NCBI GenBank assembly: GCA_002104945.1
Contig: MCFH01000058.1
Coordinates: forward strand, 1 to 64,000
DNA: 64,000 nucleotides
Reading direction: 5' to 3'
Source: Piromyces finnis finn
Lineage: Eukaryota > Fungi > Neocallimastigomycota
Within the stretch, counting starts at the first letter, position 1. Each line of letters opens with the position of its first letter. This document shows positions 39,950 to 51,893 of this stretch, in pieces. Made by a program: the position numbers and the translations under genes. The notes beneath the pieces were generated by a model that ran no database searches, was not told where the DNA came from, and worked only from the letters and a program-made list of their open reading frames with translations.

Positions 39950-39953
39950 AACA

Positions 39954-40714
39954 TGATGCAATATATTTCAAAAACACCATAAATAAAATATAATTATGAA
40001 CGTTAGCAATAGGGAATGATATATGAATAATATATTAGTTACTATTGTATTTATTTCTATTTTATAATAATAAAAATAAATAATAAAAATAATAAATTTT
40101 ATAATAATATAATTAAATAGATTTTGGTTTAAAGATTCTTTATTTAATTATTATTATTATTATGATTATAACATTAATAACATTCAATACTAATAGGATC
40201 GAAAGTTATTATTGAATAAATATAAATAGTTAAATATAATGTGTAAATATAAAAATATGTTGATGAAAGTATTATTAATGATAAACTATAACTTTTCTGA
40301 AATAGTAAAAATAAACAATAAATATTCTTTTCTTTTATAACTAATATTTAAACTGAAGGAAATATAATAAATACTAAATACGTAATTATTAACCTAAAAC
40401 TAACTTAAACTAAAACTATTAATATAAAAAATAAAATAAAATAAAACTAATACTTAAAACTAAAATATCAAATATTATTTATAAATGAAAAGTTCTCTCT
40501 CTTGATATCTTCTGCTTTAACACTCTCTTTTATATCTTTTCCTTTCTTGTGTAACTAATTATTCTAATGTATGTGTAACATTTGCGTCATAATAATTTAT
40601 ACTAATATAGTTTAATTATTATTATCATTAGTAATTGATATACAATTTATAAAAGGATTAGATATTATTCATAAAATATTTAAAATATTATATTTTTCTA
40701 TGCATCTTGTATCA
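39954..40714. mobile_element. Putative solo LTR J (TGATGCA...TTGTATCA)
   Basis: Termini plus TSD-consistent junctions on both sides; no second full copy verified. Confidence 0.6.
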
Positions 40715-40717
40715 AAC

Positions 40718-42367
40718 TGTAATAATTCCATTATAAATTATTATATAATAGAATTATTAACTACAATTTATTGATAAATTGAGAATAAAAAGAAAATAAA
40801 TATTAATACTTATCTTTAAGTTCGAGTTTATTATAAGAGTAGAAATAATTTTACACTTTAATAAGTTAATATGTTTTATTATAACTAAGTTAAGTAAAAT
40901 AAAATTAAAAACGCTTTTATTATTATAATTTGTTTCTTATAATAATAACTCTTGATTTCTTAGAAGGGAATCAAGAGTCTTTATTTATATTAATTAATAA
41001 ATTTAAAGTTTAAATTAAAATTTTATCTAATCTTAACAAAATAATTTTTTGTTTAGGAAAAGATTAGAAGAAAAACCTAAACAAAGTTCGATCAACATTC
41101 TATACATATTGATCATCGTATATTTTAAGTAAAACCAATTATTTTAGAAATTGGAAAAAACCTTAAAATATCGATTCCTAAACAATGAATAATTATTTTA
41201 AAGTAATTAATTAAATAAATAATTAAATATATTTGATAAAAATATAAAGTTAAATAAAAGTAATTAATTAAATTAATTAATTAAATGAATAAATATAATT
41301 AATAAAAATATAAAGTTAAATAAAAGTAATTAATTAAATTAATTAGTTAAATGCATAAATATAATTAATAAAAATATTAAATAAAATATTAATGAATAAT
41401 ATAATTAAATGGCTAAATGTAATTTAAGATATTAAAATTAAGTGAAAATAAATAATTAAAATAAATTTAAATGAGAATAATTATTTAAATAGACTAATAT
41501 TATTAACATTAATTAATGATTAATAATTAATGATTTTAATTAAGAAATATTAATTATGTATCAAATAATTATTATTTCTGTAAAATATTGTATTAATAGA
41601 ATAATGTATTTAATACGTATTTAAAATAATGTACAATGTATTGAATTAATGTACCGTAAATCTTTACAATATTTATATCACAATACATTAACATAAATTT
41701 ATGTAAATCTAATTTTATGATAAGATAAAGTTTTTGATGATAAAATAAATTTTTTAAATTAAATAATTTTTAACCAATAAATATTTTAGATAAGAAAAAA
41801 TTTTTTTTATAAACTAAGCCTCAAAATTAGAAATAAATAAATTAAATATATGTTTGAAATATAATCAACCATATAGTAAATAAATCAAAACTTTATTTTA
41901 AGTTTAGAAAATTCTTTAGTAAATAAATTGAATTTAAATAGTTTAATACAAATAATTTCTTTTAATAAATGTATAAATGTAAACAATGTAAAATTATAAT
42001 ATTAAAACATGTATATTAGAATTTATTCAATTTATTTAAAAAGTATAAATAAAGAAAATTTTTCAACTATTGAAACGATAGTTGGAAAATCGTATAGTTA
42101 GTGGTATAGGTTAATTTAGTTTAGATAAATTAACATTAGTTAATAATTAGTTTAGTTTTAATTAATAATTGATTACCTAGTGAGGGCTCTGGTAAAATAA
42201 CCTTCACGGTAAAGTAGTCAACGGTTGTTTTAGTTTTAGTTTAGTTTAGTTTAATATAATTTAATAAATAAATAAAGTTTAATAATAAATAAATTTATAA
42301 CTAGTGTTAGTTTGATTTAGTGTATACAAACCTGAACTTAGAATAGAATATTTTACAATTTCTTACA
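40718..42367 (-). mobile_element. Diverged family E-like solo LTR interrupted by an A solo LTR
   Basis: Internal motifs match the reverse complement of LTR E; TSD CAAAC (40713-40717, 42368-42372). Confidence 0.78.
41579..42357 (+). mobile_element. Family A solo LTR
   Basis: Matches 31616-32449; TSD ATTTC. Confidence 0.92.
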
Positions 42368-42378
42368 CAAACAAATAA

Positions 42379-42874
42379 TGTAAAAGGTTTATTATAATAT
42401 TAGTTAATAGGTTATTAAATTAGTTAATTAAGTTAGTTATTACCTCTCTATACGAGTTAATAACTAAATAAAGTTTTATAAAAAATAATAAAAGAAGGAA
42501 AATAAATATTATAACACTAAAATAAATATAAACACTTATATAAATATTTTATGAAATAACTTTTACTTAAATAATTATATTTTAATTATATCTTTTATTT
42601 ATTAATTATAATTATCTACATTAATTATTATTATAGTTATTAATTTACTTTAATACTAACGCTAAAGTATTTAACGTTAGTTTTGACTATACTATTTAAC
42701 TATATGAGTTTATTTTCTTTACCACTTGATTGGGTAAAGCAAATAAACTTCCTATTTAATTAATAACCATTAATATATGGTTATGCATATATTTGGCCAA
42801 TAAATGGTGACCAGAATATATGGTTTCAATTGAAATATTTGTGGGCAAACTTATGGCCACAAATATTTCTTACA
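42379..42874 (-). mobile_element. Family D solo LTR
   Basis: Reverse complement of 44864-45359; TSD AATAA. Confidence 0.94.
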
Positions 42875-42886
42875 AATAATCAATTG

Positions 42887-42958
42887 GGAGGGTTGGCGCA
42901 ACGGTAGCGCGTCCGCCTCCAGAGCGGAAGGTTGGGTGTTCGAATCACTCACTCTCCA
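42887..42958 (+). tRNA. tRNA-Trp(CCA)
   Basis: 72-nt cloverleaf, anticodon loop CTCCAGA, followed by a TTTT terminator. Confidence 0.95.
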
Positions 42959-44778
42959 TTTTAATTATTGAAATAATCTTTTATTAAAATGTAAAAATCA
43001 TTACTTAATAATTAATATTTATTATTTAATAATATCAAAGATATACATTATATTTTTATATAATAAATATTAATTTTAAAACGTTTTTTATTATTATTTT
43101 TAATATATGTATGAATATTTAACAGTTATATAATTAAAATTATAATTATATAATCTTTACAAAAAACTATATTTCTTTTATTATATATTATACCAAGATT
43201 TAATGAAAATGAAATAAAGGTTTCCATATAATATATAAATAATAATTAAATATTATATTTAAAAACATATTATAAGATATATAATGACTAATCACTTAAT
43301 TAATAATGACAAAATGCAAAAAAATAGTGAGTGTTTATTAAAAACTTTTATATCATAATAAATAAATAATATGAAAAAATTATAAATCTATAATTATTAA
43401 ACTAGCTTTGATTATATAATTCATTATAAAATAATAATTTAATTTACCAATATAAAATCATAACTGATTTAATTAAGAGTAAGTTTTATAAAACCATAAT
43501 TAAAAATAATTTACTTCAAATCAAAAATTTCCATTACTTTACTTTTTATTATTGCTAACTGTAACAATGAATGTTCCTTTAATTAATTATAAATAATAAT
43601 TTAAATTAAAAATGTATTTATTTTTAGAATTAAAATTTATATATTTTCATAAAGTAGTGTCTTTTTTTTTAGAAATTTTCAAAATTTAAATTTAAAAAAA
43701 TTATATATTTCTGCTGATTCATTAAATATCGATGTTTAAGTTTTTTTTTTTTTTGAAGTTTTTAACTTAGATTTATATTATCACAAAATTTCTGTTAATT
43801 TTCCCAATTTTCACTACTACTTAGCAAGGTATAGTTATTTAAATATTTAATTAGTGTTCCTACTAATATATATTAATATAATATATTAAATACAAAGTTG
43901 ATTAACAATAGTATATATAATATAATAAAAGATAATATTTTAAATTATTATTCAAGTCATCTAACTTAACGAAAAATAAGTTCATTTAAAAATTTTCTAT
44001 TATTAATAATATCATTATCATTACTATTAATAATAATATTATTATTACCATGATTATTATTATTATCATTATTATTAATTATATTATTATTACCATTACC
44101 ATTATTATTAAGTAATGATAAGCTAACAAGTATTTATTGATCCAAAACCTAATTAATTATAATTTTTCAAATAATTTTTAAATAATAACTTTAATTAAAA
44201 TCAAATCAAAGAATCAAAAGATTGTTTGATTTGATCGAAACAGATCGAAGCAATTAATAATAATTATTAACAAACCATTTATACGAATCTATAATTAGGA
44301 TTATCAATTATTTATATAAAAACTTAATAAGAATAAGCTTTAAACAATACTTTTTATTTAATAGTATTACTCATTTGAAAAATTTAATTATTCAAATTCA
44401 TATATATATTATTATATTATTTAATTAATGTAATAATATTACTAAAAATAGATTTCAATCATATTTATCATGACTATCACACTATCACATTTATTTACTT
44501 GTTTAATCATTATTATTAATTATATATAAAACTAAGAAATTAAAAATTAAAAATTATTAGAGTTAAAAGTTAATGTTTATCATTAAGTGGGCTCTTAAAA
44601 TTAAATAGATATTTGATGAATTTAAAATAAGATTAAAATTACTTTTATCATAAGCTTGCCAGATAAAATATAGCTCAAGTCACAAAAATATATTATTTCA
44701 ATATATACTAATATATTAATATATTTAATATTTTAAAAATATTCAACAATTATTGTAAAAAAAAAAATATTTAAAATT

Positions 44779-44852
44779 CACTCACGGCGGGACTCGAACC
44801 CGCAATCTTCAGATTAGAAGTCTGACGCCCTATCCAATTAGGCTACGCGAGC
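44779..44852 (-). tRNA. tRNA-Arg(TCT)
   Basis: 74-nt cloverleaf, anticodon arm TCAGA-CTTCTAA-TCTGA. Confidence 0.95.
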
Positions 44853-45724
44853 CACTTTTAATTTGTAAGAAATATTTGTGGCCATAAGTTTGCCCACAAA
44901 TATTTCAATTGAAACCATATATTCTGGTCACCATTTATTGGCCAAATATATGCATAACCATATATTAATGGTTATTAATTAAATAGGAAGTTTATTTGCT
45001 TTACCCAATCAAGTGGTAAAGAAAATAAACTCATATAGTTAAATAGTATAGTCAAAACTAACGTTAAATACTTTAGCGTTAGTATTAAAGTAAATTAATA
45101 ACTATAATAATAATTAATGTAGATAATTATAATTAATAAATAAAAGATATAATTAAAATATAATTATTTAAGTAAAAGTTATTTCATAAAATATTTATAT
45201 AAGTGTTTATATTTATTTTAGTGTTATAATATTTATTTTCCTTCTTTTATTATTTTTTATAAAACTTTATTTAGTTATTAACTCGTATAGAGAGGTAATA
45301 ACTAACTTAATTAACTAATTTAATAACCTATTAACTAATATTATAATAAACCTTTTACAATACTAACGCTTTATAGTTAGTTCTTACGTTAGCTTAGTTT
45401 TAATTAGGTTAGTGTTATTAAAAATTCTTAAAAAACATATTTTATTTTATTTAAATTATTGTTTAATAATAATTATTTACAATATTTTATATAATATTCA
45501 AATATTATATTTAAAAGAAGTAAATTTATTATTAAAAATAATTATTTTTTAATAGTTTAGCATTAAAAATTCATTATTTTTAAATTTTAAAATTCATTAT
45601 AACCATATTTTATATAATAAATTCTTTAATTTATTAAAAGAATTTATTTTCGAATTAGAAATGAAAAACGCAGGTAAGTCGCCTAACCCTCGGGGTGTCC
45701 ATAAATTGGACACAAAAACATCAT

Positions 45725-46670
45725 TGTAAGAATTAATAATTATTTTTTGTATAAATTAATTCTTATTTAATTATTTTTTAATTATTAAATTAATTATTTA
45801 TTTAAACTATTAGCATACATTCATTTAAATTACTATAAACATTTATCTATATTGATATTAATTATTCATTTACTTAATTTAAAATTTATTTAATTACTAT
45901 ATTAATTATTTATTTATTTAATTTAGTAATATATTTAAAATAATAGTAAACATTCATTTATTTTTTAATTAATAATTTTTGTATTACATTTTATAAGAAA
46001 CATTATATATTTTATTTTACGTTTGTATTTTATATTTATGTATCGTATCTTGAAATAACTTATAGAAACAATTAGAAAATATAAATACATATTAGGACAA
46101 TCGGATATTAAGGTTTTTCCGAATTTTAATCGGTTTTACTTAATATTACGATGATTGATATATTAGTTATCAATCGAATATCTTTTTAGGTTTTTCTTCT
46201 AGTCTTTTCCTAAAAAGATTATTTGTTAAGATTAGAAATTCTTTATTAAACTTTAAATTATCAAAAAATTATAAATATAAGGACTCTGGAATTCCACTAA
46301 AGAATCCAGAGTTATTATTTTAAGACAATTATAATAAATAACCCTTTCAAAAACTATATTCATAAAAAATATTTACATTAAAGATAGTCTTAATATTTTG
46401 TGTTTGTTATTATAATTCACTTATAATAAACTCTTTAAGATAAGTATTCATTTTTATTTACTATTAAGAAACTTCTCAATTTAATAATACATATTACGAT
46501 TTGTATTATTATATTGTAGATAATAATTATTATTAAATATATAATAATTATTACAATAATAACTCTACTGTAGATAGATAAATTTTAAGTAGCCAATTAG
46601 ATTAAAAAAAAATTTAAATTACCAATTAAATAGTTTTAAAAAAAAAAAAAAATTAAATTGCCAATTAAAT

Positions 46671-46702
<32 letters not shown>

Positions 46703-49700
46703 TTAAATTTCCAATTAATTAGTTAAAATAAAAAAAAAAAAAAAAAAATTTAAATTTTAAGTCAAATAATAATAATAATTAAATATAGTGATAATATTAA
46801 AAGACATATAGTTTATTTTCTTATAATAGTGATTTTAAATATACAAATATAAGTATTCAAATATATAATATAAATTTTATTAATAAAAAAATTTTTTTTT
46901 TTAGTGATATATATTATATAACAATTATATTTAAATATAATGGAACTCAATGGTATTGATAAGGACTCTGTTGAAGTTAATGCTGATGAATTCCCTAAGA
47001 GCACTGTGACTTCTAAATTAATCGAAGCCATGACGGAATTCATCCCCACTTTCTTCTCTCCGAACGGTGTATTATCGAAGGAAAAGGAAGCTAACACTAG
47101 AGAGAATGTCCTAGAGACATTAATCCAAAGCGAAGAATTCTTTAAGGATCATCCTAAATCATTTACTAGCGACGAAGAAAAAAATGCGTTTGTTATAAAT
47201 AAACTTAATGGAATTGCTAGAAAGTGGGGTTTATCCCTTTTGATCGATGGAACGCTTAGGACTCTCAGTTTTAATGAATTTAAAAAACTACTCCTTAATA
47301 ACTTCGATACCGGAGACGAACGTAAGCAAAAATATATGCTTATAAATAAGTTATGGAACCTAAAGCAGCTTCAACTTGGGAAAGTTACTGAATATACCAT
47401 TGAATTTCGAAGGTTGGCAAGTAGAATCGGTTGGCCAGATGACGTTTTTATTGACATCATTGGTAAAGGACTCGTTGATCGAGTACGTGAGGAATACGAT
47501 AAAATGGATAAGCCAAATAGTTTATTTGAAGCTACAAATATTATAATTAACCTTGACAAAAAATGTTTTTTGGAAAATTGCATTAGAAACAAACATACCG
47601 AAATGCAAAAGAAAGGCAGCAAATCATTTGGAAGAAAGAAAGCTGAATTAAACAAAACAGAAAATGGAAACCCATTTCATAGACATAAAAAGAGTAAAGC
47701 AAAACATAGTATTCTTTCTGCTACTACTAATTACACTCCTGATAAACAGAACACAATAACTACTATGTGTTTTTTGAACTTAGGAACTAAAAACTTAAAA
47801 ATAAACTTTCTTATTGACTCAGGGTCTGCTAGAAGTTTTATTTGCAAAACCTTCGCGAATGCAAATAAAATTCCTACTGTAGGGTTGACATCCCCAATCA
47901 ATATACATTTACCCAATGGTAAGAGTATGATTATTAAGCAGGCAACCAAACCATTAAGATTAAGAATTATGGATCATGAAGAAAAATATGAATTCTGCAT
48001 CGGGAACTTGCTTCTTCAGGGAATCTCAGGAATACTTGGACGTGATTGGCTTTCCATTCATAATCCTTTCTTAAATTATAAGACTAACAAAATATACTTT
48101 TTGGAGAAGTACTGCGGTAAACACTGTCCTTCAGCAAAAGGCAATAAGTTTGTATACCATTCTGATGAAATCTCCGCTCCTATGGTAAATAGTTTGAATA
48201 ATGACTCAATTATCCCGGATTCAATCTCTGAAGACGAACTGTACGACCAGGATGTTTGTGCTACTATCTTAGAATTAGACAGCTTTCAAGATAATGCTGA
48301 AAATAATAATATTCAAATCCTAAAAAAATATTATTATGACTTGACGACAGTGTTTCAGAAGCAAAAGGCCGACGTACTCCCCCCTCATAGGGACTACGAT
48401 ATGTCCATAGACTTAATTCCAGGTGGACAGTTATATTTTGGTCCGATATATTCTCTTACGATCGATGAACAAAAAACTTTAAGAGAATATGTCAAAGAGA
48501 ATTTGAACAAAGGCTTTATTCGGAAGTCGAAGTCACCAGCCGGAGCTCCTGTACTTTTTGTAAAGAAACATGATGGAAGCCTTCGTTTATGTGTCGATTA
48601 TCGTCGACTAAACGCAATTACAGTTAGAAACAGTTACCCTATTCCTAGAATAAACGATATGATTGAATCTTTCAAAGGCGCTTCAATATTTACCAGATTG
48701 GATTTAAGATCTGCGTACAACCTTGTACGTATTAAAGAAGGCCATGAATATCTCACGGCTTTTAGAACTCCTATCGGTCATTACGAATATCTTGTGATGC
48801 CCTTTGGTCTTCGTAATGCACCATCCGTTTTTCAAAGATTCATACAAGATGTTCTCGCGGAAGTTTTAGGTTCATTTGCCCAGGTGTACTTGGACGACAT
48901 TATAATATATTCTCCTAACCTTAAGGATCATGTTAGTCATGTTCGAACAATTCTTAAAGCCTTAATCGATAATGGGTTATATGTAAAATTAGAAAAGTGC
49001 GATTTTCACGTAAAGGAAACCACCTTTTTAGGCTTTACTGTCTCTACTAATGGACTCCTAATGGATAAAAACAAAGTGAAATCTATATTAGAATGGCCTA
49101 CACCAAAAAACATTAAAGAACTTCAAAGCTTTCTAGGACTCTGTAATTTCTACAGAAGGTTTATAAAAAATTTTGCTGAAAAAATGGACCCACTTCGCAA
49201 ACTCTTGAAAAAAAATTCTGTGTTTAATTGGGATAATATCGCTGCTACTGCTTTTTCAAAGCTCAAAGAATCCTTTTTAACTAATGAAATACTCATTTTT
49301 CCTGATCCAGAGAAGGAATTTGTGGTAGAAACAGACGCCAGTGATTTTGCAATAGGATGTATCCTTTCACAGGTAAGTAATAATGATAATCTCTTACACC
49401 CCATTGCATTTTATTCTCGTTCATTAAATAACGCTGAGTGTAACTACACCATATATGACAAGGAACTCCTTGCCATTATTACCGCGTTCGATACATGGAG
49501 GCACCACTTAGAGGGTGCTAAATTTCCTGTCCAAGTTATTACTGATCATAGAAACCTTTTATACTTCAAAAAACCACAACTATTAAGTCAAAGACAAATC
49601 CGCTGGAGCATGTTTCTATCAAGATTTGACTATAGAATCTCTTATAGACCTGGTTCCAGGGGTGGAAAACCTGACTCCTTATCAAGGAGATCAGACTACA

Positions 49701-51844
49701 AGATAAAGCATGATAACGACTGCCATAGAATAATTGAAGATGATGTGTTTTGCTGTACTACAGATGATAACATTAGTCATTTAATTCAATTCCAAAAAAC
49801 AGATAAATTTTGCAAGGAAACTTTTCAAAAAATTAAAGACAACTCTGGCAAGGTCAAAAGTTCTCTTTTCACCGTCATCAATGGTGTGCTCCATTTTCAA
49901 AATCGTATTATCGTTCCCTCACCTCTCAAGGCAAAAATACTTAAGTCATTCCATGATTCACCAATTAATGGCCATCAAGGGATTGATAAGACCCTAGAAA
50001 AAATTAAACGTTACTATTGGTGGCCAAATTTGAAAAAGGACGTTATAAATTATGTCCTTTCATGCGATATATGTTGTAGATGTAAGACCCGCAGGCACAA
50101 ACCGTATGGGAAAATCCTGCCACTGCCCATTCCAAATAAACCTTGGGAAGTTATTGGTGTAGATTTTATTGTCTATCTACCTAGTTCGCAAAATTGCACA
50201 TGTATCATGGTAACTGCTGACCATTTAACAAAAATGGTTCACTTAGTGCCTTGTGCTGATGTCCCTTCTGCCGACCTTACTGCCAAACTCCTTTTACTTA
50301 ATGTGTTCCGTTACCATGGATTTCCGAACATGATCATTTCTGATCACGGTTCCCAATTTTCCTCAGAATTTTGGACATCTTTATGTTCATCTCTACATAT
50401 AAAACCAAGATTAGCCACAGCCCATCACCAACAGTCAAATGGCCAGATTGAAAGGATAAATTCGGTCATAGAACAATATCTTAGATGCTACTGCTCCTCT
50501 GCTCAAAGTGATTGGTGTTTCTATCTACCTCTCTGTGAACTTGCGTACAATAACTCACTTCACAAATCCTTAGGCATATCACCGTTTTTTGTCAATTATG
50601 GGTTTCACCCAAATTTTGTTATTGAATCACCTCCATCGTTACTCAAGGACAATGCTTCGAATCTCATTAGAGACTGGTCGTCTCATTTCAATGCTCTACA
50701 ACAACACTTAAATAAGGCAAAAGAAGATTTTAAAAAATACGGTGATTACAGGAAATTGAGTGGGCCAAAATTTAAAGTTGATGATCTAGTATGGTTGAAA
50801 AGATACTACTTTACCAACGAACCCGCTAAAAAACTTTCATCTCAATATCTTGGTCCTTTTAAAATCGTCGAGGAGAGAAATAGAATGAATTACCGGCTTG
50901 AATTACCTGAAAACCTACATATTCATCCGATATTTCATATCTCACAATTGGAACCTTACACAAAGAGAAATCCAGAACTGGAATAACAATGTTTTTTTTT
51001 TAAAAGGGAGCAATGTAAGAATTAATAATTATTTTTTGTATAAATTAATTCTTATTTAATTATTTTTTAATTATTAAATTAATTATTTATTTAAACTATT
51101 AGCATACATTCATTTAAATTACTATAAACATTTATCTATATTGATATTAATTATTCATTTACTTAATTTAAAATTTATTTAATTACTATATTAATTATTT
51201 ATTTATTTAATTTAGTAATATATTTAAAATAATAGTAAACATTCATTTATTTTTTAATTAATAATTTTTGTATTACATTTTATAAGAAACATTATATATT
51301 TTATTTTACGTTTGTATTTTATATTTATGTATCGTATCTTGAAATAACTTATAGAAACAATTAGAAAATATAAATACATATTAGGACAATCGGATATTAA
51401 GGTTTTTCCGAATTTTAATCGGTTTTACTTAATATTACGATGATTGATATATTAGTTATCAATCGAATATCTTTTTAGGTTTTTCTTCTAGTCTTTTCCT
51501 AAAAAGATTATTTGTTAAGATTAGAAATTCTTTATTAAACTTTAAATTATCAAAAAATTATAAATATAAGGACTCTGGAATTCCACTAAAGAATCCAGAG
51601 TTATTATTTTAAGACAATTATAATAAATAACCCTTTCAAAAACTATATTCATAAAAAATATTTACATTAAAGATAGTCTTAATATTTTGTGTTTGTTATT
51701 ATAATTCACTTATAATAAACTCTTTAAGATAAGTATTCATTTTTATTTACTATTAAGAAACTTCTCAATTTAATAATACATATTACGATTTGTATTATTA
51801 TATTGTAGATAATAATTATTATTAAATATATAATAATTATTACA
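45725..51844 (+). mobile_element. Full-length Ty3/Gypsy element E
   Basis: 831-bp LTRs 45725-46555 and 51014-51844, apparently identical; TSD ATCAT; PPT AAAAGGGAGCAA. Confidence 0.96.
46940..50986 (+). CDS. E Gag-Pol single ORF (no CCHC, no chromodomain)
   Basis: [18 protein letters not shown], RNase H, HHCC, DDE; ends shortly after the GPF module. Confidence 0.95.
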   Translation: MELNGIDKDSVEVNADEFPKSTVTSKLIEAMTEFIPTFFSPNGVLSKEKEANTRENVLETLIQSEEFFKDHPKSFTSDEEKNAFVINKLNGIARKWGLSLLIDGTLRTLSFNEFKKLLLNNFDTGDERKQKYMLINKLWNLKQLQLGKVTEYTIEFRRLASRIGWPDDVFIDIIGKGLVDRVREEYDKMDKPNSLFEATNIIINLDKKCFLENCIRNKHTEMQKKGSKSFGRKKAELNKTENGNPFHRHKKSKAKHSILSATTNYTPDKQNTITTMCFLNLGTKNLKINFLIDSGSARSFICKTFANANKIPTVGLTSPINIHLPNGKSMIIKQATKPLRLRIMDHEEKYEFCIGNLLLQGISGILGRDWLSIHNPFLNYKTNKIYFLEKYCGKHCPSAKGNKFVYHSDEISAPMVNSLNNDSIIPDSISEDELYDQDVCATILELDSFQDNAENNNIQILKKYYYDLTTVFQKQKADVLPPHRDYDMSIDLIPGGQLYFGPIYSLTIDEQKTLREYVKENLNKGFIRKSKSPAGAPVLFVKKHDGSLRLCVDYRRLNAITVRNSYPIPRINDMIESFKGASIFTRLDLRSAYNLVRIKEGHEYLTAFRTPIGHYEYLVMPFGLRNAPSVFQRFIQDVLAEVLGSFAQVYLDDIIIYSPNLKDHVSHVRTILKALIDNGLYVKLEKCDFHVKETTFLGFTVSTNGLLMDKNKVKSILEWPTPKNIKELQSFLGLCNFYRRFIKNFAEKMDPLRKLLKKNSVFNWDNIAATAFSKLKESFLTNEILIFPDPEKEFVVETDASDFAIGCILSQVSNNDNLLHPIAFYSRSLNNAECNYTIYDKELLAIITAFDTWRHHLEGAKFPVQVITDHRNLLYFKKPQLLSQRQIRWSMFLSRFDYRISYRPGSRGGKPDSLSRRSDYKIKHDNDCHRIIEDDVFCCTTDDNISHLIQFQKTDKFCKETFQKIKDNSGKVKSSLFTVINGVLHFQNRIIVPSPLKAKILKSFHDSPINGHQGIDKTLEKIKRYYWWPNLKKDVINYVLSCDICCRCKTRRHKPYGKILPLPIPNKPWEVIGVDFIVYLPSSQNCTCIMVTADHLTKMVHLVPCADVPSADLTAKLLLLNVFRYHGFPNMIISDHGSQFSSEFWTSLCSSLHIKPRLATAHHQQSNGQIERINSVIEQYLRCYCSSAQSDWCFYLPLCELAYNNSLHKSLGISPFFVNYGFHPNFVIESPPSLLKDNASNLIRDWSSHFNALQQHLNKAKEDFKKYGDYRKLSGPKFKVDDLVWLKRYYFTNEPAKKLSSQYLGPFKIVEERNRMNYRLELPENLHIHPIFHISQLEPYTKRNPELE

Positions 51845-51893
51845 ATCATTCGTAAGGGACGGGACCCGTCCTGACGCGGCGAGCGCGGATGGC

